DNA from: Chlorokybus atmophyticus
Taxonomy: Eukaryota > Plantae > Mesostigma and Chlorokybus algae
Direction of reading: 5' to 3'
Length of the DNA stretch: 64,000 nt
Assembly (NCBI GenBank): GCA_009103225.1
Contig: RHPI01002119.1
Span: forward strand, 62,001 to 126,000
Part shown: positions 63,630 to 64,000 of the stretch, piece after piece
Position numbering within the stretch: position 1 is the first letter of the stretch
Layout: each line of letters begins with the position of its first letter
Notes under the pieces: model-generated
Databases searched by the model: none
Seen by the model: the letters and a program-made list of their open reading frames with translations, nothing else
What the model was told of the DNA's origin: nothing
Position numbers and translations under genes: made by a program

Positions 63630-64000
63630 CTGAAGTTGACATCTCAAAGTCAAATGGTTGTCCTTGTCATGTAGGGTTAGACTAGGCGATTGCCACACTT
63701 GCGTGGTGCTGTACAGACATTGATGTTAATGCATTGCTATCGGTGTTGTTGCTAGCTCTGTGTGCTGGCATTGTTGTCGTATTGCGCAAGTTTGCCTCTA
63801 AGCACATGCGCTTGTGTATGTCGTGTGTATGTGCGCAGTCTTTGGTTGGGCTTGCTGTCCAGCCGCAGACGGTATTGATGTTTGCCAAGTACCATACCAT
63901 AGCTTGGTGTAGGCGGGAACAACCAAGGTCTTTGGATTAAGCAAAAGCATACAAGGTATGCAAGTTAGGGCAAAACAGTGCCACAACTTTCGACTAGATA

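Overview
Eukaryotic, intron-rich, GC-rich nuclear DNA from a green-lineage alga. Plastid-targeted IGPS, a thylakoid FKBP16-4 and a DUF1997 protein indicate a plastid. ARL6/BBS3 and an LRRIQ1-like gene suggest cilia, and CCS implies Cu/Zn-SOD. An early-diverging streptophyte or prasinophyte is my inference only. Thirteen host genes were reconstructed by eye: an unknown polyQ/Ubl-like protein, p31comet, PYM1, FKBP16-4, UBLCP1, DUF1997, ARL6, CCS, an NmrA-like protein, RPS4, IGPS, LRRIQ1-like and UQCC1. Ten of them form five tight head-to-head pairs. Transposons comprise a decayed Ty3/Gypsy at the left edge, two decayed CRE-like non-LTR elements and an old chromovirus that has lost gag/RT and carries unrelated internal sequence. 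Most interesting: (1) an unannotated, intron-retaining inverted partial duplicate of UQCC1 that has gained a perfect 22-bp cUUCGg-capped hairpin, a candidate nascent small-RNA locus; (2) an extra ~135-aa domain between Gag and protease of the Gypsy element that resembles a degenerate Dam-like adenine methyltransferase; (3) twin long hairpins at 38.0-38.1 kb; (4) an array of TGCCA-N4-TGGCA palindromes behind a chromovirus PBS. No rRNA, tRNA or CRISPR array was found. There are three N gaps. Exon boundaries and family calls come from motif recognition, not database searches.
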